From Epiperipatus broadwayi (Eukaryota; Animalia; Onychophora): a stretch of 64,000 nucleotides of DNA. This document shows positions 29,046-40,430 of the stretch, one piece after another. Location: NCBI GenBank assembly GCA_028023455.1, contig JAQFVV010000007.1:806001-870000 (forward strand), in the 5' to 3' direction. The number at the start of each line of letters is the position of its first letter. Within the stretch, counting starts at the first letter, position 1. Made by a program: the position numbers and the translations under genes. The notes under the pieces are model-generated. The model saw only the letters and a program-made list of their open reading frames with translations, had not been told where the DNA came from and did no database searches.

Positions 29046-29780
29046 TAGTTTTAAAGTATAATAATAGTACAAAATAAATAGTAATAATATACAACTTAAA
29101 CAGAAGTACATTCAATTACATTGTAATTATTATCAACTGAATTTATTGAGAAAAAAGCAGATGTTATATGACTTTGCAGGAACTATGTTTTTTTTTTTCT
29201 GATGTCTTTCTTAATGTAATATTTTTGTGTGATCTGAATTGAACATAAATTTAAAGTTATAAGCTTTTTCATGGAAAACAAAATCTGAATAGGTATAAAA
29301 ACATTAAAAAATGCTACAAATAATTAGTCTAATATTGCTTCACCTTTTTTGACCATGAAAAACCTTATAACTTTAACTTTTTCTTCAATTGAGATCATAT
29401 AAGAATTTTACCATGAAGAAAGACACCAGAGAAACATAAATATTAAAGAAGCAATAGTAATTAATCAATTTAAAGATTTTATAATAAATAGGCAATCTTT
29501 TAATATTGGTCTATGCAATATCTGGAAAATCATGTGATATCTGTTTTTTAAAGGTTTTTTTTATTGTTTATTTTTCGAACATTATTGTTATTATTATTGA
29601 AAGTGTCTCATATGCAGATATGAAACTAATTGCTGTAGATAAAATGGGTGAGTGCAATAGCATGACATTGTCTTTTAATGATGATGATGTATATTTTGTA
29701 TATATTAAATTAATTTTTAAGTAACTATGAATAAGAGAGCATTCTCTATTAGATCATTGCAAAATAAAATATTATATAAA

Positions 29781-29888
29781 TATAACGGTCAATTTCTAAA
29801 TTGTAAACTATTATAAAGTTTATTCTCAAAACTAATACTATGAATCATGTATTGGCATAGTTTACAATTTAGAAATTGACTGTTGTAT
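29781..29888. repeat. Small MITE-like hairpin with ~30-bp arms
   Basis: tataacggtcaatttctaaattgtaaacta versus tagtttacaatttagaaattgactgttgtata; a partial third copy follows near 29910. Confidence 0.7.
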
Positions 29889-30142
29889 ATATAATACATA
29901 ATCTCAGTAGTTTGTAATTTAGAAATTATCTTTATATATATATAAAATCTTATTTTTTTATTTTATTTTTCTATATTTTAACTCACAGCTGTTGTAATAT
30001 TCATTTGTTTTTCATTCATTGAATTGTAACTAAAGTAAACATGATTTTATATAGTCATGATAGAGAGTGTTCACTGTTTTGATTTATATATAGTTTTAGT
30101 TTTTTATTATAATGAAATATATAATTTATTATGTTATATTAG

Positions 30143-30294
30143 GAAATTGCTCTACTGCATCATGTTAGACGTACTGCAACAGTAATGTGTACTGAAGAAA
30201 CAGAAGTCCTTGTCGTAGATAAAAAAAATTTCTACAAATACAATATACATTTGCATCTAAAGGCAGAAATAACTTACAAGAGTAACTTTCTGAA
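30143..30294 (+). CDS. Internal exon of a cyclic-nucleotide-binding domain protein (CNBD2-like)
   Basis: ttag|GAA...CTG AA|gtaaat, 152 nt, encoding EIALLHHVRRTATVMCTEETEVLVVDKKNFYKYNIHLHLKAEITYKSNFL. This is the cNMP phosphate-binding cassette (G)ExALL...RTATV; EETEVLVVD resembles vertebrate CNBD2 as recalled, not searched. Confidence 0.88.
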
Positions 30295-30849
30295 GTAAAT
30301 CTAATTTTACTTTACTAGAAATAAATGTAGTTTTAGCAAATAAATTTGTTTTTCACATTACAGACATTTATAGTACTTTAAAAAAAAAGAATATGCAAAA
30401 GCCAACAATAATTAAGATGTCTAAACTTTTTTTTAAAATTATTTATAAACCTTTATAATATTTTAAAATTTTGTTTTAGTGACAAATTAAAATCAGCATC
30501 ATTTTATAGCAATGTATCTATAGCAAAGAGAAATACTAGATAAAAGTATAATATTTTGAAGATGTGTTAGTATAAAGTATCAAATTTTTATAATGTACAG
30601 TTATAAAATTGAGAAAACAATAGCTTTATTTATAAATCTTAATAATGTAAAAAGTTTCTTTATTTTATGATACAACTCTAAATTTGAATTATTAAAATAA
30701 ATTATGTTAAGAAAGATAGCAAAGAACCTCTAATGATTATTAAATATCACTTGATCATAGTGCTAATGTATAAATTAAGATAATTAGACAATTGTTTATA
30801 TAATTTCGTGATTTTAATATATATATATATATACCTCATTGAAATTTAT

Positions 30850-31280
30850 ATGTACCATTTTCAATCATCGCCAATCCACTGCAAGATGAAAGATTCTTTA
30901 TGTTGAACCCAGTTTTTTTTTTATCCGTAGTTTCTTTTCTTCTCAGCATTATAGAAAAATCTTTTTATTCTGGAATTTATTCTAGCTCTTTTCCAAAGTC
31001 TTGAAATTTAGCTTAAATTTTTATCTATTTATTTAATATTATTCTTCTAATAACAGATTCCATTTCTGCTTCATAATTCTTTCAATAAGGTTAGTATTAC
31101 CTATTTGTTTCTTCACTCATGTATTTCACTTTTGATTTCTTCTTGTTATTACAGCACATCATTTCATGAAATATTGTATTGTCTAAAGTCTTTATATTGA
31201 TCTTCTATTAAGTATCCAAATTTCAGATCCTTCTGTAAATACTGATGATTACATCTATTAAAATTGTTTTTTATCATATA
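30850..31280 (-). pseudogene. RTE-clade LINE 3' end remnant
   Basis: Minus-strand translation SVFTEGSEIW...RIMKQKW...FILQWIG resembles RTE PVLTYGSETW...KW.W...QQW. Confidence 0.6.
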
Positions 31281-31283
31281 TAT

Positions 31284-32833
31284 TGTAACAGGGATCGAAT
31301 ACGAACCCCGTCACAAGGGAAAGTATATTCTCATGTAGGCCTGCAGATACAGTAGCGTATATATTTGTTTTAAAAAAGAGAGAGAAAAAATCATATAATA
31401 AGTAACTATTTTTACCCATCGTATGTTTCAGAGGGGTTTATTGCTCATTGCCTTGTATGCAATGTGCATACATGTAATATTAAAAGGACCAAATGTAAAA
31501 TAGGCCTATATATATAATTTGTTTTTTATATGTATAGTTAGGTTTTTCTTTAATTCAAAAAGAAAAAAATATTTGTTTTTCTGTAAAAGAAACAGATGGT
31601 TATCAATGTATTTTAATTTGTGTTATTTATTTTGAAAAAAAAAAAATATTCGAATGAACTACTTTTAGATAAAACCTGCTAAAAGATTTTCTTTTGTAAA
31701 AGTATTTAGAAACAAGGAAAGCCAGATCTGGATATCACATTAAAAAAGATCGAACATTTCACTTTTAATTAGTAAATGACGGGAGATATCACGTAAGATA
31801 AAAATGATAGGGCATTCTAGATTATTTTAAAGTGATATAAATACAAAGAAATCTGTGGTTAGAGATAGTTTGCAGAGTACTAGAAGCTACCTGAGAGCAG
31901 AGGAGAAAAAAATGTGTCAGATATATGGAAAATTGAAGCACTAAAGGCTCATAATTAGGATGACAAATAAAACCATTGTCTGTGGAAAAATCAATATTTC
32001 CTCAAAATGTTAAAAATTGTTATCAAGAAATATAATTGAAAGATGCCACTAAAAAAAGAATATATGCATGCCAACATGATGATGTGGAAGTAAAGTCATA
32101 AACGTGTTCAGCTATCCCCTGCTGCCTATGCAAGAAATGTGCTTTTGATCCTGCCATCTACAAAAACTGAAATCAGCATCAGATTCAGTCTTCCCATGAA
32201 TTCGGAGAAATTAATTTGTCAACTGAGTCTTCAAAAACTGAAAACAGAGACATTATGTGGACAATTCTTATGGCCCTACCTTTATGTAGTAAGCTTACAT
32301 TTTATAAATATCTAAATATCATGACTTCCTTGGGGCTAAGGTAATATTTGTGATTTTCTTTGATTTAAATATATTGTTGATTATAATACATATATGTATG
32401 TATATATTTTTCTTCCGTGTTTGTTAATCCTTGTCAAACTGTATTTTAAGTCGAATTATTCTCCAAATGATAGCTTTTGACCATTAAAACAATAATATAT
32501 GTAATTTCATAAAAATAATGAATGCTTATTTTTCTTTAAATCTCATTAAGTACATTTCATTAATTTAGAAATATATCTCACTGAGTCAACTCGAATAGAT
32601 ATTCTGTCATTAATATATCTCTGTCAGTATAGGTAATCCACCCTGTGATTGAGTTAGTTAGAGTTAGGCTCTTTTTGATATTACACTATTGTAAAATTTC
32701 CCATCTAAACTGTTCAGGATAATTCTTACTAAGATAGTAGGATTGGCGCTTTGAATCGGTGACATCCGATGACCATAAATATGCTGCTAGGGTAAATATT
32801 AATCAAGAATATTGAAATATTATTGTCAGGCAT
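31284..32833 (+). repeat. Solo LTR (~1.55 kb), diverged relative of 42770-44301
   Basis: TGTAAC...GGGCA with TA tracts on both sides. Shared blocks with the minus strand of 42770-44301: gggwtcgaatac, gaacccsgtyacaag, gaggggtt, gattggcgc, cataaata. Confidence 0.6.
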
Positions 32834-32944
32834 ATATATATATATATATATATGGTAGATAAGTTCTAAAACAACTCATCTTCAGGTCAATGGTGACTAG
32901 ACAGCCATCCCAATAAAGTATGTAAAATAGGATATGCGTTAAGT

Positions 32945-33065
32945 TAGCATAAAAAAAATTTCTCATGTGTCATAGCATCAGCCAGGAAGTGAACCCACTA
33001 ATCCGGAACAACTGCTTGTAAAGCATCTATCTCTGACCTCTCGACCAACAATGCTTGACAAGTTA
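32945..33065 (-). mobile_element. Possible tRNA-derived SINE head
   Basis: Minus strand has A-box-like tggtcgagagg and B-box-like gggttcacttcc with tRNA-like spacing; degenerate. Confidence 0.3.
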
Positions 33066-34182
33066 GCATAAAATTAATTAAATATAAAGTGAAATATAAC
33101 CAGTTTTGTTCAAATATATTGTAACAGGATGGGGAGATCACTCCCAAGTAAATTAAATTTAAAATTTATAAAAAAGATAATATTTAAGTAATATAATAGT
33201 AAGATGTTATTAAAAAAAATTTAAAGTAATGTTTAACATCAAAAAAATATATAAGCAATTTTATATATTAGAGAGAATTGAGAGATCAGCCAGCTACTCC
33301 TCAGAACAACTATAAGTATAATTATCCATCAACCAACATTATAATAAGTCAAAGTAATTATTAGTACTGAATAATACTCAAAATAGCATTTATCATCATG
33401 AATGATCAATAATGAAAATATAATAAATCAACAGTCAATCTGGTGACTGGATTGGAAATAGGTCTTCTGCAGACCAGGCTAACTATTGAGCCTTTGCCAG
33501 CTTGGGACAATTATTTAACCATTAATTTGAAAGCACAAACTAAGTGCTTATCCATCAGAGTATATAATAATAAAAAAATCAGAAAAATAATGCTGGGACA
33601 TTAAAACATGCTGATCATCATCAATGCTCTATCCACTTAGTACCATGAATGTAATGGCCAGCTATAAACTTTATAAATATAAATTTAAACACTTTTTTTT
33701 CTTCTTTAATAAATGATTTTAAACTAATATATATATATTTGAAACCAGGCACTCTTCACAAACCTGGGTGCTTATTCTCGGGTGACAATTAACACCTTCA
33801 TTAAAAACAGAGTTCCACCTTTTAAAAACAAGCTTGAAATTTATATCTAAGTGTGATATACATGTTTTCACTTAGGAGATTTCTAATAGAAAGAAATTTT
33901 GTTCAATTAACTAAAAATTTTCAAAAATACCGTGCTTGTTTTTAAATTTCAAAATCAGAATAACAAATAATATTTATTAGATCTTTTTAAAATATCTATT
34001 TCATAATAAAATTCTGTTTTAATTCAGAGTTATTGAATCCTTTGTTCATTATTTTTATTCCAAGTGAAATGTAAAAAATATCAACTAAAATTAATGTCTG
34101 TGTTTATTTCTACTTTTCCTTTCAGATTTATATACATTTGTGCATACACACTCTATTATTATGTGCCATATAACAGATTTGT

Positions 34183-34228
<46 letters not shown>

Positions 34229-34247
34229 CAAATATATATATGTATAT

Positions 34248-35997
34248 TGTACTGGGTTCGAACCATAGATAATATCACTTACTCTGCAGGCTGGGTTTAA
34301 CTGGTTTTAAACCCTATTTATAATAAATTTATAATCTTATGTTATAAATATTACATGAATGAACCGGTCCATTCAAGAAGAGTGGAGAATACTATTGATG
34401 GCAGAGCCATCCACAATACCCAAAGTCAGACCAAGCTATGCCATGCATAACACGATCACATTTCCAGACTGTGGCCCATTTTGACTGCTAGACTCAAACC
34501 CCTACCATCCAAACCCTTTATTTATTTCAGAGTGACCCTCAGTGCCAGCTAGTGTCATAACTAACAGGTTTGGAAGTAGGCCCATAATCCAGGCCTCACA
34601 AAATCCCTTAACTAGCTCAGCTACTTGTAATCAATAACAAATTATTTCAATTAGTGGCAAAAGAATTGACCGACAAATTAAGCTTTAAGTTTAAAGACAA
34701 TTTATTTTAATTAACATTTATTATACTAATTTTAAATACTTTTATAAATCCTAACTAACATAACACTGGTATTTTATATAATGATCATGCACATTCTTAA
34801 TTAAGACACTAGATTATCATATAACAAAGCATTAACTAATATTTGACATTTAAAACACACACATCAATAGTTCATCTATGAATGCTATAGAGTTCATATT
34901 ACTTGACCCTTGGAGGCTTTATGAATGTGATAGCTACTTTAGAAATGAGAATAAGAAAAATGTTATTACCTAGGATTTTAGAACATGGATACTTCTTGCT
35001 ATTTGCTGCTTCTAATGAAATATTTCTGACCGGTAAGATTTGAAGTTTTCCTGTGGAGATTTATTATTATTCATTGGTGCTATTCTTGGAGACAGTTAAA
35101 TAATGATGGTGATTCTTCAAGTTGTTATGCAGGTATTTTTCTATTCTGGGTAGATTTCTGTTTCACTGACCTCAGGCTGGAGCAAGTTGTATGTTTCCGA
35201 GAGTTTAACATGGCATTATTGACTGATTTAATCTCAAATGCTCATTCTCAACTGCACAATCTAAACTATTTTCTAAACTGAACTGAACTGATTGTCCGAT
35301 GAAAAATGACTCTTTATACTTAAAGCCTGTTGTTGTTTTGATGTCCACCAGCAATATGTTATTGAAATTTCTTCCTTGTTTTAATTGCATTCCTTGAGAT
35401 AAGCTTTTAATTCTGTTGTTGGAGATATTAATTAGCAGCCATCACAATGTAGTGTTGTTGTTTTTTGTTTAACTTAATAGCCATCACTGAGTGTTTTTAA
35501 TTTTTTAACTTTCATTTATTTCATTTTTTTAATATTTACTATGCATACCTTTATTATATTTACAATCCCATGTATATATTTTACTAACAAACTCATATTA
35601 ATTCATCATTTATGCACATATATAATTTAAGATCAATTCACTATTTAGTTTTTAAGATGACTTTTTTCTTTAACTTAAATAAAAAGAGATTTATATTTTT
35701 AAACTTTAATTTATATTTCAACTAATAATAATAAAAAAACTCTTTAACTTCTTTTATAAAACTTTTAACTTGACACTTCTAAAGCAACCCCCCCTTCTTA
35801 TAATTAATTAATTGTAACTTTTATTTCAACTATAATAATAGAAAAACTCTGGCTTTTAATTTTATGTTTTTCGAAAACAAACTGCAATAAAAAAAACTCT
35901 TAAACTTTTACATACTATTCTCTTTTAACGAAAAATGTTTATTTTAATAATTTTTAGACAAAATTATTATGTGCCAACACAATATTGCTACATTACA
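34248..35997 (-). repeat. 3' LTR of element 3
   Basis: TGTAC...ATTACA on +, adjacent to the PPT. Confidence 0.88.
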
Positions 35998-38264
35998 CCA
36001 CCCTCCATTTGAGAGTAAAATGCGTCATTTTTTGACCATTTTATCTCTGAGAACTTTAATTCTTTATTAAATCTTAATTTATTTATTATTTTTCTAAGTT
36101 TACTTTCTAATACCTGACACTTTACATGCTAAGGGCAATCTTCAATTATACTTTACTTCTTTCAATGTTGGCAACATTGCTTACAATGATCTTAGTCCTG
36201 GATAACGACAACCAGGAAAGCATCTTTTTATGATACAGGGATCTTTTCTAAATGAAGTGGATGCAGATTTGCTATCTTATACCAACTTACACATATGAAA
36301 AACGAAGCTTCGGGTGCCGATTCTTTTGACCAAACTTTGACAAAGAAAAGGTCATGTGAATGGCAGGATTCATCAACTGTCCATTTCATTTTATGCTTTT
36401 GAAATGAGATACAAGATATGGGGATTTTTTCTGAAGAAGTGACTTGTGACTTATTCTGATGGTTCCCAGTGCACATTTTAAAAGAGGAATAATCCCTGAT
36501 AACTCAGTTATGGGTGCTATGTTTTATCCAGCCAACAGCTTTAACTTATCCTTATCTGAAACTTATTTCAATACTACCCTCATTCCATTTAATTTCAAAC
36601 CCTTATTCATTCCTAATATAACTTAGATTACCTTTATATTTTATATTATTTTAACCTTACAATATTATTTTTAAATTCACATGAACATTACTTTAACATA
36701 TTTATTTATATTACAATATTACTTTTAAACCATTTATTTACCTTCTTATATTAACATGCATGTACTCAGAAAACTATTTATTTTATTGCTCTTCATTATT
36801 ATACAGATATTTTTATTTATTTTATTTGATGTGATTACTTTATATCATTTATTTACTTCCTCTTATTAACCTGCATATATTCAAAAACTATTTTATTTTA
36901 TTACAATTCATTTTTTATTATTTTATTATGAATATTTTATTTATTTATTTAACTTGATTACTTTATTTAAACCATTTATTTAACCTGATTTTGTTGATTT
37001 ATTTAATCCTACAAACTTTACTTTTAAATCATTAATTTGACTCATTTATTTCTGAACATTTTTTTAATTACTATGTGTGTGGAGAAAATATCTTTTATTC
37101 AATGAAGCCTCTTTGTTATTATTACTTCCAAACATTTCATTTATTATTATTCATTTATTTTTAAATTTATTATTTTAATTTTAAATAGAAGTTTTAGATT
37201 TAAATTTCTCATTGTCCATTTCCGGTCCTTTGTTTCTTTTCCTTTACTATTCCGCCCAATTACTAACTTTTAAACTTTGTCAGGCACTTATTTCTTTCTA
37301 CCTACTAACTCTATAATTTAAACTAACTTTTCTCTCTTGTCTATCCCTTGCTTTTAATTTATTAATTTATTTCTCTTCCATGCCATTGTATTTTCAACTT
37401 TGTAAATCAGAAAACATTTATATTTAACAACACTCCATATTACTTCAAACTGAGAATATTTTTCCTATTGTTTCTTTTTGTTTTAAATCTATGTTTGAAT
37501 GAACAATAACCCTTACATTCACCTTTTCATTTTTACTTCCTTTTGAAAACTCTGTTACCTTATTTTCTATCTTTATTATTTTTATTTCCATATCCCTATA
37601 CTTAACACCATCTTGTTCTGCTACATTTTCTAAATCACCCTTTCTTTCACTTACATCTCTTACTACCTTGACTTCCTTTTCAACTTCCTGATGTTCTTTA
37701 ATAAAATCTAACTACAATTTCTTGGCTCTTCTCTACCTTTCTTGTTATCTCACATTTTATTTCTTTTATTTCTCTACTCATTTCTACTTTGACCTGATTA
37801 ATTTCTTCCTTCAGTTCAGTTTTGAACTCTTGCTGACTTTGTTTGATTTCTCATATTTCTGCTTTGAATTCTTGCATCATATTCGTCATGTTCATCATCA
37901 TTTTCATCATCATCTGTGTCTCAGATATTTCTTTCTCTTTTTTCATTTTTAAAACAATATTTACTTATGAGCTGTTTATTTAATTTCTTACACGGAACAT
38001 ACGACTGACTCCACCCTTTTGTCTTTTTTTCTACCCATTTTTAATGCTTTAGCTCTGCCCAAAATATCTAACTGTCTTTAGTTTAAAAGAATAATATATT
38101 TTAAATAACATAAATGTCAAAATTTCTTTTCATTTAAAGTAAAAAAAAATCGGTCATTTTTTTTTTAATTAAAACACTTTAAAATACGTAATTTAGCTTT
38201 TCTTTAAACTTTTTATTTTCAAACAAGAAGCAAAGTATTTAATCACTGTTATTTCCTAGGTTCA

Positions 38265-38284
38265 GCCCTATGTTGGGAATGCTA
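38265..38284 (-). promoter_or_regulatory. Primer-binding site, tRNA-Lys(CTT)-like, decayed
   Basis: Minus strand TAGCATTCCCAACATAGGGC versus TGGCGCCCAACGTGGGGC: G>A changes plus a 2-nt insertion; 3 nt from the LTR. Confidence 0.6.
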
Positions 38285-38287
38285 ATT

Positions 38288-40020
38288 TGTACCAGGTTTG
38301 AACCATAGATAATCTCACTTACTCTGCAAGCTGGGTTTAACTGGGTTTAAACCTATTTATAATAAATTTATAATCTTACATTATAAATATTACATGAATG
38401 AACTGGTCCATTCGAGAAGAGTGGAGAATACTATTGATGGTAGAGCCATCCACAATACCCACAGTCAGACCAAGCTATGCCATGCATAACACGATCACAT
38501 TTCCAGACTGTGGCCCATCTTAACTTCTAGATTCAAACCCCTACCATCCATACCCTGTATTTATTTCAGAGTGACCCTCAGTGCCATCAAGTGTCATAAC
38601 TAACAGGTTTGGACAGTAAGGCCATAAACCAGGCCTCACAAAATCCCTTAACTAGCTCAGCTACTTGTAATCAATAACAAATTATTTCAATTAGTGGCAA
38701 AAGAATTGACCGACAAATTAAGTTTTAGATTTAAAGACAATTTATTTTAATTAACATTTATTATACTAATTTTAAATACTTTTGTAAATCCTAACTAACA
38801 TAACACTGGTATTTTATATAATGATCATGCACATTCTTAATTAAGACACTAGATTATCATATAACAAAGCATTAACTAATATTTGACATTTAAAACACAC
38901 ACATCAATAATTAATCTATGTATGCTATAGAGTTCATATTACTTGACCCTCGGAGGCTTTATGAATGTGATAGCTACTTTAGAAATGAGAATAAGAAAAA
39001 TGTTATTACCTAGGATTTTAGAACATGGATACTTCTTGCTATTTGCTGCTTCTAATGAAATATTTCTGACCGGTAAGATTTGAAGTTTTCCTGTGGAGAT
39101 TTATTATTATTCATTGGTGCTATTCTTGGAGACAGTTAAATAATGATGGTGATTCTTCAAGTTGTTATGCAGGCATTTTTCTATTCTGGGTAGATTGCTG
39201 TTTCACAGACTTCAGGCTGGAGCAAGTCGTATGTTTCTGAGAAGTTAACATGGCATTATTGACTGATTTAATCTCAATTGCTCAATCTCAACTGCACAAT
39301 CTAAACTGTTTTCTAAACTAAACTAATTGTCTGATGAAAAACTGGACTATTTATACTTAAGGTCTATTGTCATTTAGATGTCCACCAGCAATATGTTATT
39401 GAAATTCCTTCCTTGTTTTAATTGCATTCCTTGAGATAAGCTTTTAATCATGTTGTTGGTGATGTTAATTAGAAGCCATCACAATGTAGTGTTGTTGTTT
39501 TTTGTTTAATTTAATAGCCATTGCTGAGTGTTTTTAATTTTTTAACTTTCATTTATTTCATTTTTTTTAATATTTACTACGCATACCTTTATTATATTTA
39601 CAATTGCATGTATATATTTTACTAACAAACTCATATTAATTCATCATTTACGCACATATATAATTTAAAATCAATCCACTATTTAGTTTCTAAGATGACT
39701 TTTTTTACTTAAATAAAAGGAGATTTATATTTTTAAACTTTAAGTTATATTTCAACTAGTATTAATAAAGAAAACTCTTTAACTTCTTTTATAAAACTTT
39801 TAACTTGACACTTCTAAAGCAAACCCCCCTTCCCCTCTCTAATTAATTAATTGTAACTTTTATTTCAACTACTAATAATAAAAAACTGTTTGACTTTTAA
39901 TTTTACATTTTTTGAAAACAAACTGCAATAAAAATTTCTTAAACTTTTACATACTATTCTCTTTTAACGAAAAATGTTTATTTTAATAATTTTTAGACAA
40001 AATTATTATGTGCCAACACA
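38288..40020 (-). repeat. 5' LTR of element 3 (outer terminus lost)
   Basis: Paralog of 34248-35997; the last ~17 nt are replaced by a fold-back. Confidence 0.88.
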
Positions 40021-40038
40021 TTGTTGGCACAATATATG

Positions 40039-40070
<32 letters not shown>

Positions 40071-40109
40071 TTGGTAGAAAGAATTATATATATATATATA
40101 TATATATAT

Positions 40110-40430
40110 AATTCTTTCTACCAAAATATCTTCATTCAAATTTAATCATGTGATTAATATCAATTATTATGTTTTGATTTGTATTAATAATGCAAAAAGT
40201 ATTTGAAGGTCTTCTAATTCATTATTGTCAATCCTTATTTTATTCTTATGTGAAAAACCATTAAATATTAATTTATTTTTTAACATTTATCTTTAGCCCT
40301 ACATTTTTTCTTTCATCTGATAATTCTGAAAACATTTTGTGAAGCTTTGAAATGTTATTTATAAAGACAACCAACTCATTTGTAAACTCTAGATGATTTA
40401 ACTAACCTCTATTAATTTTTTTACTTTCTG
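40110..40430 (-). pseudogene. RTE-clade LINE RT remnant
   Basis: LNHLEFTNELVVF...KMFSELSDERKNVGLKINVKK resembles LNHLRFADDIVL...VGLKIN.KKTK; downstream IKIDNNELE and INHMIKFE*RYFG also fit. Confidence 0.6.

Larger units (their letters stand above)
34248..40020 (-). mobile_element. Non-autonomous long-LTR retrotransposon (LARD-like gypsy derivative)
   Basis: ~1.75-kb direct repeats 34248-35997 and 38288-40020; PPT ggagggtgg at 35998-36006 (minus strand); PBS-like motif at 38265-38284; decayed coiled-coil gag N-terminus at ~37500-37950; no pol motifs seen. Confidence 0.88.

Noticed and set aside
29622-29651. Micro-exon candidate cag|...atgg|gtgagt
   Set aside because: Its phase does not fit the expected FG|E junction with the exon at 30143, and there is no homology.
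32180-32340. Frame containing EFGEINL ending at a good donor (ag|gtaata)
   Set aside because: No RTAT-type cassette, stops upstream and a weak acceptor; it lies inside the putative solo LTR 31284-32833.
32860-32890. Minus-strand CTGAAGATGAGTT...AACTT
   Set aside because: Possibly a truncated PLE hammerhead, but GAAA and stem III are missing, so it is not called.
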